This document shows positions 34,126-47,059 of a stretch of DNA of 64,000 nucleotides, one piece after another. The position numbers were made by a program, and so were the translations under genes. Source of the stretch: Antechinus flavipes (lineage: Eukaryota); assembly GCF_016432865.1 (NCBI RefSeq), contig NC_067399.1, positions 388,306,001 to 388,370,000 of the forward strand, written 5' to 3'. The notes below the pieces were generated by a model. The model made no database searches. It saw only the letters and a list, made by a program, of their open reading frames with translations, and was not told the DNA's origin. Each line of letters opens with the position of its first letter. The stretch's first letter is position 1.

Positions 34126-36492
34126 CTGGAGGCAAAAAAAATGTTCCTTTGCTCTCCCCATAATTCAGCATAGAACATAAAGAGGCACATATATTCCATT
34201 CATAAATTTATCACAATAGACTCCACCTTAGCCAAGTACATTTCAACCTGCCTACAAGTCTCAAACCTACAATAATTTACAGGGAAACAGTGCACAGAAC
34301 TGTCTGTCCTGCCATTATAACAGGAAACAGCATGGTCCTCACCTGCAATATTAATATTGTTTAGGGACTACTCCAAAGGTATTAGCAGACACTTTCATGC
34401 AGATGGCTTAACTAAAATACAAACAGGAAAATTTTCATGTAACAATGTACTGGGTATTACCAGTAATGGATCAAAACAAAAACCAACTACTCCCCTGGGA
34501 AAAATCAAATGTAATGTGTTGCTCTATTAAGAAATGTAACTCTTACCAGTGCTATCAAAACATATGCTCTCTGGTATGTAATGCGCACTAACATTGCCTT
34601 TATTCAACAGCTTCAAAAATAATTAATCTCTGACTCCATCAAATAAATGTCTGTTACTCATAAGTATTTAGAGCAGGGCCTTTCATGTTATTGATTTCTA
34701 GGAGAAATCAGAAAAAAAAAAAGAGCTTTAGTTTCAAGATAGAGAGTAAGCTCAGCTTTCTCCAGACCTCCTTGAATGGATACAAATTTTGTAGTGCAGA
34801 TCTTTCTTAAAGAATTGTCAAGGGCTTTCAAAGAATACCCCAAAATACCAAGTGGGAGCCTGAGATTATGTCCTTCAAGTAAACAGTAAACTACTTGACT
34901 TTTTAGAGTACAACTCAGCAGTATCTGAAAGTTTATTCCCACCCTTTTTGTGGGCCTTCTGCAGTTCCTCAGAGAACAAAGCCCTATAACCACATCAGTA
35001 TTGCTGGAACATAGAAAAATTAGAGCCAGCATCGAACATGTCTTTCTTTCCATTTCTAAAAACAGAAGATCACCAAATGGCAATATTGGTCCTGGTCCTG
35101 AGAAGGAGGGAATTCACCTTCATATTGAGCATCTTAAAAAAGATAAGGAACCAAATGACAATATGCAATGAAGTGCTCTTGTGAAGAGAAGCTCTGTTGA
35201 TTAAAGTTAAGCTGAGAAATGATGCTGAAGTAAGAGCCATTACAAATGCCATACAGATTTTAAGATTTTAAGGGAATACTCTTTCATTCTTTCAATACAA
35301 GTCTGCATCGCCTCAGTTTACATTCCATGTTCTTTTTACCTCTCTGTTCTCAAATAGTTTTGCTAACTGGCAACCTTTCCATTTCAATCTTAACTCTCAT
35401 ACCCCTAAAGGAGGCTGAGAAATTCAATTTGAATATTATGTCATATAAGTGAGAAACCTAAGAAGAGAGAACTTTTACCATGTGCTTATCTGTGCTGATA
35501 TAAGCAAGAACACACAGGATCATAGACTGCGTATTAGAAAAGACCTTTGAAGTCATTTTAGAGATGAAGTACCTGAGATCCAGAGATGTCCTATTCTTTC
35601 AGAGCAACATGAGTCAACTCTAAATTAACTAGAAGCCAATCTGTGAAATGTCCAGGACCGAAAGCATTTCCATCTTTGGTCTCTGGCCTATTGCTGAGTT
35701 TGTGGCAACATCATAGTAGATTGGAATGTAAACCAAAGGAAAGTAGAAAGTAGAATAAAATTCAAATCAGATGAAACTCAAATCAGGTAGTGTTGTTAAT
35801 GTCAGTAGATCTTAATAAAAAAATGGGGTGTCAAAACTACTAACTACAATAAATTTTAAATTATCTCTGTGTAATTTTTAAACAATTTTTAACAATGATA
35901 ATAGGACATTTATCTAGTGTTTTACAATTTACAAAGTGCTTTTCATATATTATCTCATTTTATTTCCTTTAAGCATGTCCTCATGGCCAAAGAATAATGA
36001 ATTCACTTTAAATGTGTTTTGCTTAGTGATTTGATGATGAAATGACCGCTAAATGATGAAATGTACTATTTGCTGTAGGGGCTATAAATAACTAAAGCTA
36101 CAGAGCTTGTGTGTGGCATGGGACTAAATGATGGCTGTTTATTTCTGGATGATACACTTACCCACTGATAAGAAAATATATTTTGGTTCTACTTGGAACA
36201 GAATCCCCAGAAGGTAGTCAGGAATGCTGTGGTACTAGTGCTAAATCAAATACTTATACCTATGAAATCATTTAGTTGAATTGTCACTGGTCTTTGGAGT
36301 CAAACCACATCAAGGATTATGAAGTTGGAAACTGTCTCCATGGTTCAACTGTTTTCAGCTCTGTCCCACTTGAGTTTTAGCAAGCCATAAAAATTTTGAT
36401 TTTCTAATTTTCTTTTATAAAATGGAATTAGTAACATAAATAGGAACAACGAAGAAAAACTCATGCCCTTGTGTACTATGTCTAGGATTCCT

Positions 36493-36617
36493 TCATCCAC
36501 CTTTATGGAGGCCAATAAGATTGGATAATTTTTCACAGTTTTCAAGTTTCAATGACTCTGCTTTTTGTTTCAAGCGTTCATCTCGGTACAGTCTGGCCAA
36601 GTTTGTCAAGTCTGATT
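36493..36617 (-). CDS. DNAJC18: DNAJC18 exon 8 coding part
   Basis: ttcacttttcag|AA TCA GAC TTG...GGT GGA TGA; [40 protein letters not shown]. Confidence 0.95.
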
Positions 36618-37933
36618 CTGAAAAGTGAAAGAGAGAACCAGTTAAGAACTCACTTTAGTTTTCACTAAATTAAGATCAATTTGTATTTTAATAAACTATT
36701 TTTCCTCTAAGGTTTTGCTTGTGGTTTTGGGTCCTGGGTCAGAAGAGCAATGAACTTAGTTCTCATCAAACTAACATTTGGCACCTGACTTATGGAACTT
36801 ACATATGTGTAGCAAAAGAATATATTTAAAATTATGTCCTTCAATGTTATTCAGATAACAGTCTGAAAGAGAACAATGGCTTGTTATCCCTATCTTACTG
36901 TCTAATACAAAGAAAGTTGCTTTATTCCTTCCCCCATTTTTTTTTTGTGGGGGGGGGAGGAAAGATAGATTTTAACTTATACATTAATTGGTAAAGAACC
37001 ATTATCAAACATACAAGAAGGGCTAGGGACTGCTGGAGACATTTTTCTTTATTTGTAGGGTACACAACTCATATTGTAACTTTTGGTTGCTTGGTTAAAT
37101 GACTCTGATTTTCTTCAGATATTAGTGAAGGCAGCTCTGTGGAAAACTAGATTATGTTCTTAGCTGTGTCCCATGATTTGGTGTTTAGGTTATATCCAAT
37201 TTTCACAATTTCTCCAAGTTTCTGAGATGTGTTTTTAGGATAGAATTCTTGAAGAGAATCTCTGAGAAAGGGTTGGTGAGATGCAATCCACTCTGTTCAT
37301 GCCAGATGGATAGCTTCTGAAATAAAGTAGCTATGATCAAATATGTTTAAAGGACCACCCTGTGAAAATCCTATCTTAATCATTTTGAAATCTATTCCAT
37401 TTCAGTCTTACTACTGAAAGATTAGCTTCTCTCTATGAAAAACAGGTACCAGTCTAATTAATCAACAAATTGTTGGAAACAGGAATGCATACATTAAAAC
37501 AAAGGGACTAAATACACAAAGGGAGTATTGAGCACTGACTTTTAAACAAGTTTTCATAAACACAAGAACATAGTGTAGCACTTCTGCTCATACAATAGCT
37601 GAGGACAATCCAAAGCATTGAGACTTGAGGGTGACAGGTAGACAATGTATGGCAAGCTTCCTTCCATGAGATTTAGTTCAGATCATAGGGTCCAGAAGGC
37701 CTTACATGAATCAAACTCAGGTAGTTGCTTGACATACAATTATATCTCCCAGGTTAAAAAACAATGGGTTCCAGAGGCCTATTCTGTTTGGTTAGCATGA
37801 GTGGCCATCAGACTAAGTTTGTCTTGGTACAATAACTCTTGCAGGTGACAGACCTTCAAGGAAAATTATTTAGCTCTATTAATTGATATGCTCTTGCTAA
37901 GATTCTTTCCACAGTCAAATGTTGACTACATTC

Positions 37934-38097
37934 TTTTTTTTTTTTTTTTTTTTTTTAACTTGCTGAGGCAATCAGGGTTAAGTGATTTGCCCAGGGTCAC
38001 ACAGCTAAGAAGTGTTAAGTATTTGAGGCCGGATTTAAGCTCTGATCCTCCTGACTTCAGGGCTGGTGCTCTATCCATTGCGCCACCTAGCTGCCCC
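37934..38097 (-). mobile_element. WSINE1-type SINE
   Basis: T-tail, reverse body ending cgccacctagctgcccc; 14-bp TSD with 2 mismatches. Confidence 0.88.
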
Positions 38098-40607
38098 TGT
38101 TAACTACTTTCTTTTGACATCTGCAATGTGTGCAAAGAACATTCAGGATGTCATTGTTGAACTCACCTAGACCTTTGATTCTTTTTAATTGGAGGTATGT
38201 TTGATGCAGTCTTGGACAATTAGAAGGAACACAGAGTTACCTGAATTAAAACAGGCTCTTTTTTTTCTTTTTAATCTCTATTCAGTTTCCTTGAGTTTTT
38301 TATTTACTTGGCTTGACTCAACTGATTGTTCTAGAGATCAGTGGGCTACTCCTAACAATCTAGGGTCCAAAGTTTTATATGAAGGCCAAATTCACAATGC
38401 TCCTGCTCAATTATAAGTTAGAGAAACTTCTCTCCAAACTATTCTTAGCCTATCTTTAAGCAAAAATCTGGCATAATGATTGAGCTAAACTTTAAGCAAC
38501 TCCTTTTAAAACAATGGAAAGAGAGCAGGTCTAAGATACTATCACAATCTTTTTCTAAATTCTCTCATTATGTTCATCTCATCCTGACACAAACAGTTGG
38601 GTAACCAATAGATAGGATATTTGATAGAATTTAAAGGCAAATTGATTTCTATTCTGGTTAACAGACAAGAGAAGTAAGTCATTGCCTCAACTCCCAAGAA
38701 TGCTCTGGTTTCAGTTTTCAGATTTAGGGGCTGACAAATCTGGAGGACCTTAACCAGTCTTAGCTGTCATGATGACACATCTGATGAGATTAGGTTGTCT
38801 GAGAACCCAGATTCAAACCACAGTGAATACCAAATCTGTACACTCTATTAGGAAATAAATAGGGCTCTAGGTTTTCAGCTCTACTTCGGAGGAAAAGTGA
38901 ACACAAGACTAAGTTTCCTGTACAATCATTCAATTCTGTTGGTTTTACTTTTTTTTTTTTTTTTAAATGATTCATTCAGATACAGATTAAAAAAAAGTAA
39001 AGATGATAAAATTAAACAAGAGGCTAAACAGCCATAACAAGTGATTACTCAGAAGTCCAAAGATGAGCCACACTTGAGTTAAATATTTTAAGGAATAGTA
39101 GAGAAAATGACTAAAAGGTTATAAAAGACAATAGCTAACTCTGCCCAAAAGTTTCCACAGGACACTTTGCCAATAGCAAACTTTGTTCTGAAGTTGCTTT
39201 ATTTTTGTAATCTCTATGATGCTAAATTTAACCAACTCAGCTGTACTTGCTGCTGGAGCAGTGGAACAGTTGCTGATCATTTGTAAATAGCTTTGCATTT
39301 CCTGAAGTGGCTCTAGGCAGCAACTATTCCCAAATACTAGAAATAGATCTTTAAAGGTGTGTGGGTCAATTAGATCTCACTGTAACTCACAGGCAAATAC
39401 ACCAATCCCCTGGATTTTGCCTGCACTTGGTGAGGGCATAGCTATCACATGTGATCTCACTAGGCTCAAAACCAAGACCTAGCAGGGGTGGCATTACAAT
39501 GACTTCTTTCATCTACTGACAGAATATTATATGACTTTTTTTTTTTTTTTTTTTGGCAACAGGAATGAAAGGAAGGATAAAGGGAAGACAAAGGATTTTG
39601 TTCTGTCTGTGCAGAAGGAATACAATGAGTCTGAAAGGCAGGGTAGTTGAGTAGAAAATGCAGTGGGGTCAAATGGGGTTAAGGCCCAGTTTCAAGATTT
39701 GACTTTATGACAGTGAATGCGATGTGAACAGAGAGGCAAATTCATTTACCCTTTCTGAATCTTAGTTTCCTCACCTGAAAAATAAGGATGACAATAATAT
39801 TTGCCTTTTCTATTTCACAGCAATGTTAAAGGAAAAGTGCTTTGTAAACTTTAAAGCTGATGTCATAATTTAGAATTATCTCAAGATGCCAACAAGGTAT
39901 TAAACATACTTATAAGCATGTTAATTTCCATTTTGTTTAAATAAATCAATATTCTTTGCCTCTCAGGCCTAAGGGATCTCTACTTTTAAATTCTTTTTCA
40001 TCTTTTTAGACTTACAAATTCAATTCTAAGAATTGAAGGTATGACTTCTGCCTATGGTTTAACACTACTACCCTAATCCCTCAACATATGATCTACCATT
40101 CTGTTGGTTTGTTTTGCTAGGCTATCTTTGGCTGTGATAAGGGAGGATGTTATTGAGACCTAGCGACAATATAAAAACAGCATAAATAAAACATTATTTA
40201 AATCTATAAAACTTAAGTTTCTTAAGAAATGAATGCTAAGAATGAACCAGAAAATCAGATAAACTTAGGGTTAGGTAAGAAAGAGTTTATGTAGTTTAAC
40301 CTCTCAAAGTTTATAAAAAGGTAAATCTTAAAAGGGTTAAGGCAGGGAAGAGAGAAGGGCTAAGATAAGTAGCATCTGTGAGGTACATGTTTATACCTGC
40401 TATTACTACTTTGGCCAAATCTAGCTGACCTTTAAATCAAGTGACTTATTATTTCCCTTCTTCAAATGGAGGATAAGGGCAGAAGGGATGTAAAAAGACT
40501 AAGAAGAAAGCTTATTATTTCAAGATGGAGTTTACGATGCTATGCTGAGGAAATGTTTGTAGAGATGGTCAATAATCCCTTCCCCCATCCCGCCCACCCC
40601 ATCTTAC

Positions 40608-40780
40608 TTTGTTGTTTTTCCTTCCAACAACTTGACTGGATATAATCTATGTAATCCTTTTCTACAGTCTTCTCCAAATCACGCAATGATGGCCCTTTAT
40701 AGTTTTTTTCAAAGTGTTTATCAACAAAATAAGGCACCTGCAGATTCTCAGTTTCTCTGGAAATAGTGTGCCCCATGGAT
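40608..40780 (-). CDS. DNAJC18: DNAJC18 exon 7 (173 nt)
   Basis: tttctcacag|A TCC ATG GGG...CAA CAA A|gtaaga; [13 protein letters not shown]...SCWKEKQQ. Confidence 0.96.
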
Positions 40781-42398
40781 CTGTGAGAAAAACAGAGAGA
40801 TATGATCAAACATTAGATAGTATTATTAATATTTGCTGTGTATGAGCTCTAGGAATATTTAAAGGCTACACAGAGAAGTCTCCTTACTAAGGTTCCCACA
40901 ACAATATACTTCAGTGACATCTGACATTTTATTTACAGAATAGTTACTGTCTACATCATTACCAACATTATGTACAAAATGCAAGCCACTATAATATTGA
41001 TATTCTTCCCATTTCCCAAAAGAATTGGGTTCATATTGACCATCATGATAAAAGCAAAACTGACAGAAAATGTGTGTACTGTTATTTGTCAGTATTTCTC
41101 TAAAACTAGATTCTCTTTAAGGTTTACTGTGATACTTTTTGTTATTATTGTTTGCTGTTTTTTTCTCATTTTTTTCCCCTTTTGATATGATTTTTCTTGC
41201 ACAGCATGATGAAATGAAAATATGTTTAGAAGAATTATACATTTTTAACCTATATCAGATTGCTTGCTGTCAGAGCAGCAAATGTACTATTAGGGAGAAA
41301 AATTTAGAACACAAAATTTTGCAAAGTTGAATGTTGAATATATTTAGAAAAATAAAATACTATTAAAGAAAAAAGGTTCATTTGACAAGACAAAATATCA
41401 CTTAGAAAAAACATTTTAAATTGCAAATAATCAGAGAGGCAGCACTGATTCAGCATTAATATCAAAGAAATTTTAAAAATAGCACCTGAATGCTAGGCTA
41501 TCAGGGAAGATATGGGTTCATCAAGGCCATTCTGGTGTGACTTCCTAAGCATCTTAGAAAATTGGACTCCTCAGAGTCAAAACAACCTTGAGGAAATAAA
41601 GAAATCTAAGCCCCCAAATATAGAAGTACCAGCCTATGTTAATATGAATAGTTTGGAGGCTACTTAAGTGAATTTTTAGGAAATTAAACTTAATTTCAAA
41701 TTATACAACAAGCTCACAAATCCCAAAATGACTTTGTTCTTCAGAGCTTTGCTTAAAGTTTATCTTTTAAATTCTAACCAAAAGGAAATGTTTTACAAAC
41801 TGGCAGCAAGATTCTAGACTGGTCTCCATAGTTGCTATCTAAGAATTCCTTTTCTTGGGCTATTTCTCCTAGTAGACTGATGCTACAGTTTTTCTTTGTA
41901 CTTACCTGGATAAAATATTCATAAAGCATGTATGTCTGTGCAAATATACCACTCTCATGGAGAGAAGAAATGCAGGCCAAGTAAGAAAAAAGCACTAGGT
42001 GGCAATGAAGCAGAGGACTTGAATTCTAGTCTGAGTTCTGCCACTGAATCAGCTTAGACAATGAACTAAGTGCTTTATAGGATCATAGACTTGGGACTGG
42101 AAGGAACCTTGCAGCCCATCTAGTACAATCCCTTCATTTTACAGATGAGGAAATTGAGGCTTAGAGAAATTAAGTGACCATTCAAGATCATACATGTATT
42201 AAGTGACAGGCAGGATCTAAATTACTCAATCACTGGAAGGATGGAAGACACTAGAATGAAATTCTCAAGACAGAAACAATGCCAATAAGGAAGAAACATG
42301 GACTTCTCCTAAAGAGACATATGGATACACTAAGAACTTATCATCTAACTCCAAGTTAAGAGATAAAATCATAAATTATCCTTAAAAACTGTCAGGAA

Positions 42399-42531
42399 GG
42401 GCAGCTAGTTGGTACAGTGGATAGAGTCAAGAGGCCCTGAGTTCTAATTTGGCCTCAGATATTTAACATTTCCTAGGTGTGGGACCCTGGGCAAGTCACT
42501 TTACCCCAAATGTCTCTCCAAAACTAAAAAA
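42399..42531 (+). mobile_element. WSINE1-type SINE (diverged)
   Basis: gggcagctag...ggcctcaga...ctgggcaagtcactttacccc + A-rich end. Confidence 0.75.
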
Positions 42532-42579
42532 AGTATCTCATGAAATTTTTACAGAGAAGATGAAATGATATGGACAAGA

Positions 42580-43720
42580 AATAATAATGTAATCAGATGA
42601 ATCCAGAATTGGCTGGATGCCCAGGCTAAAAAAAAGTAGCCATTAAATGTCAATGTTAAGGTGGCAGAAGGCATCTAGTCTTATGTCTCAAAGATCTGTG
42701 ATTGGCAGTGTTCTAGTTAACATTTTTTATCACTGACTTAGATAAAGGCATGTTCATTCCATTTACAGCGAACACAAAGCCGGGAAGGGTAGCTAGTACA
42801 CTGGATGACAGATTCAGGATCTGTCATGGACCCTTTCAGCATTCTGATAAAATCTACTGATTTCTTATCATAATCTTTTTAAATGCACAAAATACAGAAT
42901 TACAAATGAAACTATTATACTGAAATACAGTTATCAACTTTTTTCCCCCTCCAAAACAAGTTCCTGGACACCAAATTAAGACTATTTGCTCTAAAAGAAT
43001 TTTGACAGGCTAAAGCACTGGACTGAACCTATTATGAAGAAATTCAATATTGATATGCTTAAGGCCTTCCATTTCAATATAAAAGAAATCAACTTAAGTA
43101 AATATAAGATGGGGAAAGACATCATTAGATAATTGTTCCAAAAATAAATCTGGGAATTTTACAGTATTATGGCCAAAAGAGCCAATACCATCTTGGGCTG
43201 CACAGTTCCAGAAATAAGGTGATAGAAAGTCTCACTGTGCTCTGGCCTCTTCAGATCTCATCTGCTTATTTCTGAGTAACATAGTCTGAGGATACTGAGA
43301 AGCTCAGAGGACAAGAGTCCCTGTCATAAGAGGCCTGTCTGAACCTGTTTAGCCTATAGAAGAAGACTCAGGGGGACATAAAATAGATGTCTTTAAGTAT
43401 CTGGAGGACTGTTATGTAGAGGAAAGATTTAGTGTTTTCTTCCTAGCACCAAAAGATAGAAACAAGAGCAATGGATGGAACTCAACACTGATGGAACATT
43501 TAAAAGGTTATTATATATCAGGAAAAATTTCCCAACCATTAGAGCTGTCCCAAAATAGAAATGGGATATCTCCAGAGGCAGTGGGTCTTACCTCCCTGGA
43601 GGATTTCAGACAGATGCAAAATGAACATTTCGTAAAATGTGTTATAATATGTATAAGTTAGACTAGCCAGCCCCCAGGGACCTTCCCAACCCTTACATTC
43701 TCTGACTCTGAGAAGAACCC
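42580..43720 (+). mobile_element. L3/CR1 LINE relic with an internal Charlie-type MITE remnant (~42821-42990)
   Basis: CR1-like RT segment (gggaagggtagctagtacactggatgacagattcagg; gccaataccatcttgggctgca); internal gtcatggaccc...gaaatacagttatcaa. Confidence 0.55.
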
Positions 43721-44162
43721 AGTTTCTCAAACTACAAACTCAAGAGTTTTATCCCTGTGTCACATTCAGCATTCCTGTCTTTAGATCTCTAGGCCTTGGT
43801 TTCCTCAACTTTAAAATGGGAACAATGGACAAGACGATCTCTCTCCTATTCTATGACTGTTCCTCAAATGCTGAGCAATTTGAGTTCCTTCAGAGACCAG
43901 TCCCTGTCATTCTTTGATTTGTCCAGAGGGTGTCACTGCAGAACAGAATAATCCCTTTAAAAACTAGATTTCTTCTATACATTATGCCTCCATTAGGGGA
44001 TTTCACCACAGTGCTACTATCAAGCTTCCCCTTTAAATGCCAAATTTTATTTTCTGAAATAATGAAAAATTAAATTAGTAATTTATTAGCAAACTCTTTC
44101 ATTCTTTTACTACCCACATCCCCAAAAACCTATCATTAATAAAAACTGATAATATGACTTAC

Positions 44163-44272
44163 GATTTATAGAATAGACTATATGGAGGATTTGTGGCCAT
44201 CAGCTGGGTAATAACAGATATAATCACAATCACGAGAACTGGAAGCAACTGAAGAAATGCAGAATACATATT
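44163..44272 (-). CDS. DNAJC18: DNAJC18 exon 6 (110 nt), transmembrane helix
   Basis: tcttttag|AAT ATG TAT...AAA TC|gtaagt; [36 protein letters not shown]. Confidence 0.96.
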
Positions 44273-44595
44273 CTAAAAGAGAAAGATATTTGGAGTAACA
44301 TTACCTTTACAAAAAGAAAAAATACTTAATTAGAAAAAATAAAGCTAGGAATAAGATTGAATCCATAGTGCCTTGATACAGGGAATTCCTTCTCAATGAA
44401 GTTCCTTAATATAAAGTAAGCATCCTGTACTCTCAGGATTGCTAGAGCACTAAGAGATTGAGTGACGTGATGATTTTGACTACAACTCTTCCATAATTAA
44501 AATTTAACTGTCTTAATCACTGTGCCAGGGCCACCTTTCATTAGGGGAAAAAAAAAAAAAGTTGGTATGCTCTTGTTTTAAAAGTATATGTATTT

Positions 44596-44911
44596 CTGGG
44601 AAACGAATGTGAACTATCTACATTTTTGTTTTTCTTCCCGGGTTATTTATACCTTCTGAATTCAATTCTCCCTGTGCAACAAGAGAACTGTTCGGTTCTG
44701 CAAACATATATTGTATCTAGGATATACTACAACATATCCAACATATATAGGACTGCTTGCCATCTAGGGGAGGGGATGGAGAGAGGGAGGGGAAAAATCG
44801 GAACAGAAATGAGTGCAAGGGATAATGTTGTAAAAAAAATTACCCTGGCATGGATTCTGTCAATATAAAGTAATTATTAAATAAAAATTTAAAATAAATT
44901 TAAAAAAAAGT
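44596..44911 (+). mobile_element. L1-type 3' fragment with perfect 16-bp TSD
   Basis: TSD aaaagtatatgtattt at 44580-44595 and 44912-44927; A-rich tail. Confidence 0.88.
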
Positions 44912-46162
44912 AAAAGTATATGTATTTGCAGAAATATTTTGGTTAAATCCATTTTCCATATTTCTTTAAATCTTAATTTCATACTCCAACCAGAAGCAGA
45001 TATAATTATTTAAAATGAATATGTACTGAATAAATATTGATAGAAAATAACTTCCATTCAATGTTAAAGCTAAAAATGTATTTAGAGATCATGTAACACA
45101 AACTCTTATTTTTGTAGTTAGAAAATTGAAGCAGAAAGAGGGAGAAATAACTTGCCCAGTAGACTCCTCATAATTCCATTTTTTAGATGAGGAAACAAGG
45201 CAGAGGCTCAGAGTCACACAGTTAAGTAATTGGCTGATGCTGGATTTGAGCCAGCATATTCCTGACTCCAGGACCAGCACTTTATCCACTGAGTCACTAA
45301 GATACCTTAATGACTCCAATAATAGAAATGAAAATGACACTGAAAAACATAAGAACTCTGATCAATGAAATGACTAATCATGATTCCAAAAAAGTAATGG
45401 ACTAAAGGTACAGCAAGTGACATATATTTTCAGATATGTTTTAATGTTCGAATTGATTTTGATAGAATGACAGAGATGCACAGAAAAGAAGAAAAGAAAA
45501 ATCCATTAACGAAATATTTAAAAAATACACAAGAAATGAGTTTGAGAAGAATCAAAGACAACAAGGTGGGCAGTGTTGGTACTACTCTGTTAAATTTTAT
45601 ATGTACTTTTTTAAAAAGTTAAAAGTTAACTGTTTTTCTGTTCTTCATGTTTGGAAATAATAATATCTGTTAAGTTGATAATAACAAATATGTCCAAGTC
45701 CACTAGCTCTAAGTGAGAGGAATGAAGATCATTCTTGTTTCAAGAAATAACTATTTGACCTTTAGCAAGTCGCAACCTCCCTGGGCCTCATTTTTCTTAT
45801 CTCTAAAGTGAGGGGATTGAGTAATATGGCTCTCAGGTCCCTTCTAGATCAAGACCTATCATCCCGGGTTTTGCTGAAATGCTTTTTCCCATTTAAAAAA
45901 AAATTTTTTTAGAGAGAAGTATTATAGCATAGGAAGATATGGATTCAAATCCTGCTTTTAAAATCTATTTACTGCCTGTGTGACATATGGACAGTTTGTT
46001 TAATCTCTCAAATGTTCCAAACAATTCTCTAAGACTACAAGGTACAGAAAAAGTGATGCCCTGTACAAGAAAAGGGATTTCCTCTTTCCAAAATCCCTAT
46101 ATTAATGAAGTCACAGATTTAGTCCCTCTCCCTACACTGGTTTTTATTGTTTTTCTTTTTTA

Positions 46163-46318
46163 CTTTTTTTTTTGTGTGAGGTAATTGAGGTTAAATGATT
46201 TGCCCAAAGTCACACAGCTAGAAGTTAAGTAAGCTAGTAAAGTCTGCTGCTGGATTTGAACTCAGGACCTCCTGACTTCAGGACCAGTACTTTATCCACT
46301 ACACCATCTAGCTGCCCC
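46163..46318 (-). mobile_element. WSINE1-type SINE
   Basis: T-tail, ggatttgaactcaggacctcctgacttcagg...ctagctgcccc. Confidence 0.8.
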
Positions 46319-47059
46319 TCCTATCCTTATACTGTTACAAGGGATGATTAGTTACCATCTCCCTAGTTAGGAACAGGTAGAAGGAGGAATATATTTGGAG
46401 ATGAAGTTCATGTAAAAAATAAAAAGTAGCCACAAACTTGCCCTATAAACAACAATGACTAGCATTTAGTTTTAAAAAGAAGTACAGCTTACTCTTAGTA
46501 GAATCTACTATTTACAATAAAGATCACACAGAAGTCTAAGAAGATATAAGTAAGGCAGGGGACAGGGAGGGTCATCTATTAGTCTAATCAGCTAAATTTT
46601 ATTTTCAAGCTTATCATTCAATTCAACATGCATTTCTTAAAGTTCCAGGACTATAAATGCTTTAAAGTCATAGAAACTGACTTATTTTCTTTGTGAATTT
46701 AGAGCTAGGGGAAAAGTTAAGAGGCTAAGTATTCCAAATTTCTAAACCAAAAAATCTAATACAAATAAATTCTACCATCTGGTTTAGAAAGAGTAGTACA
46801 ATTAACATAAATAAAATTCTGTAGAAGCATCAGAGCAGAAATGGTGAAAAGGTACCTAGAACGTGGTCAGGAACCTTGTAGCATTCTGCTCACTGAGGAA
46901 TTCGTAGGAAGACAATGATGCACTCAAAAAAATACCCTAGATCTTCTTTTAAAACCAGCTAAGAAAATGCTTTGCAGATCCTTCTCCAGAAAACTCACAA
47001 GAGTGGATCTGAAGGTCTTAGGAGATTCTTCACAAGGTAGTGAATTTGAGATCATTTTA

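Noticed and set aside
34688-35083. 131-aa minus-strand ORF downstream of DNAJC18
   Set aside because: Non-ATG start, no recognisable motifs, and it probably lies in the DNAJC18 3'UTR; a chance ORF.
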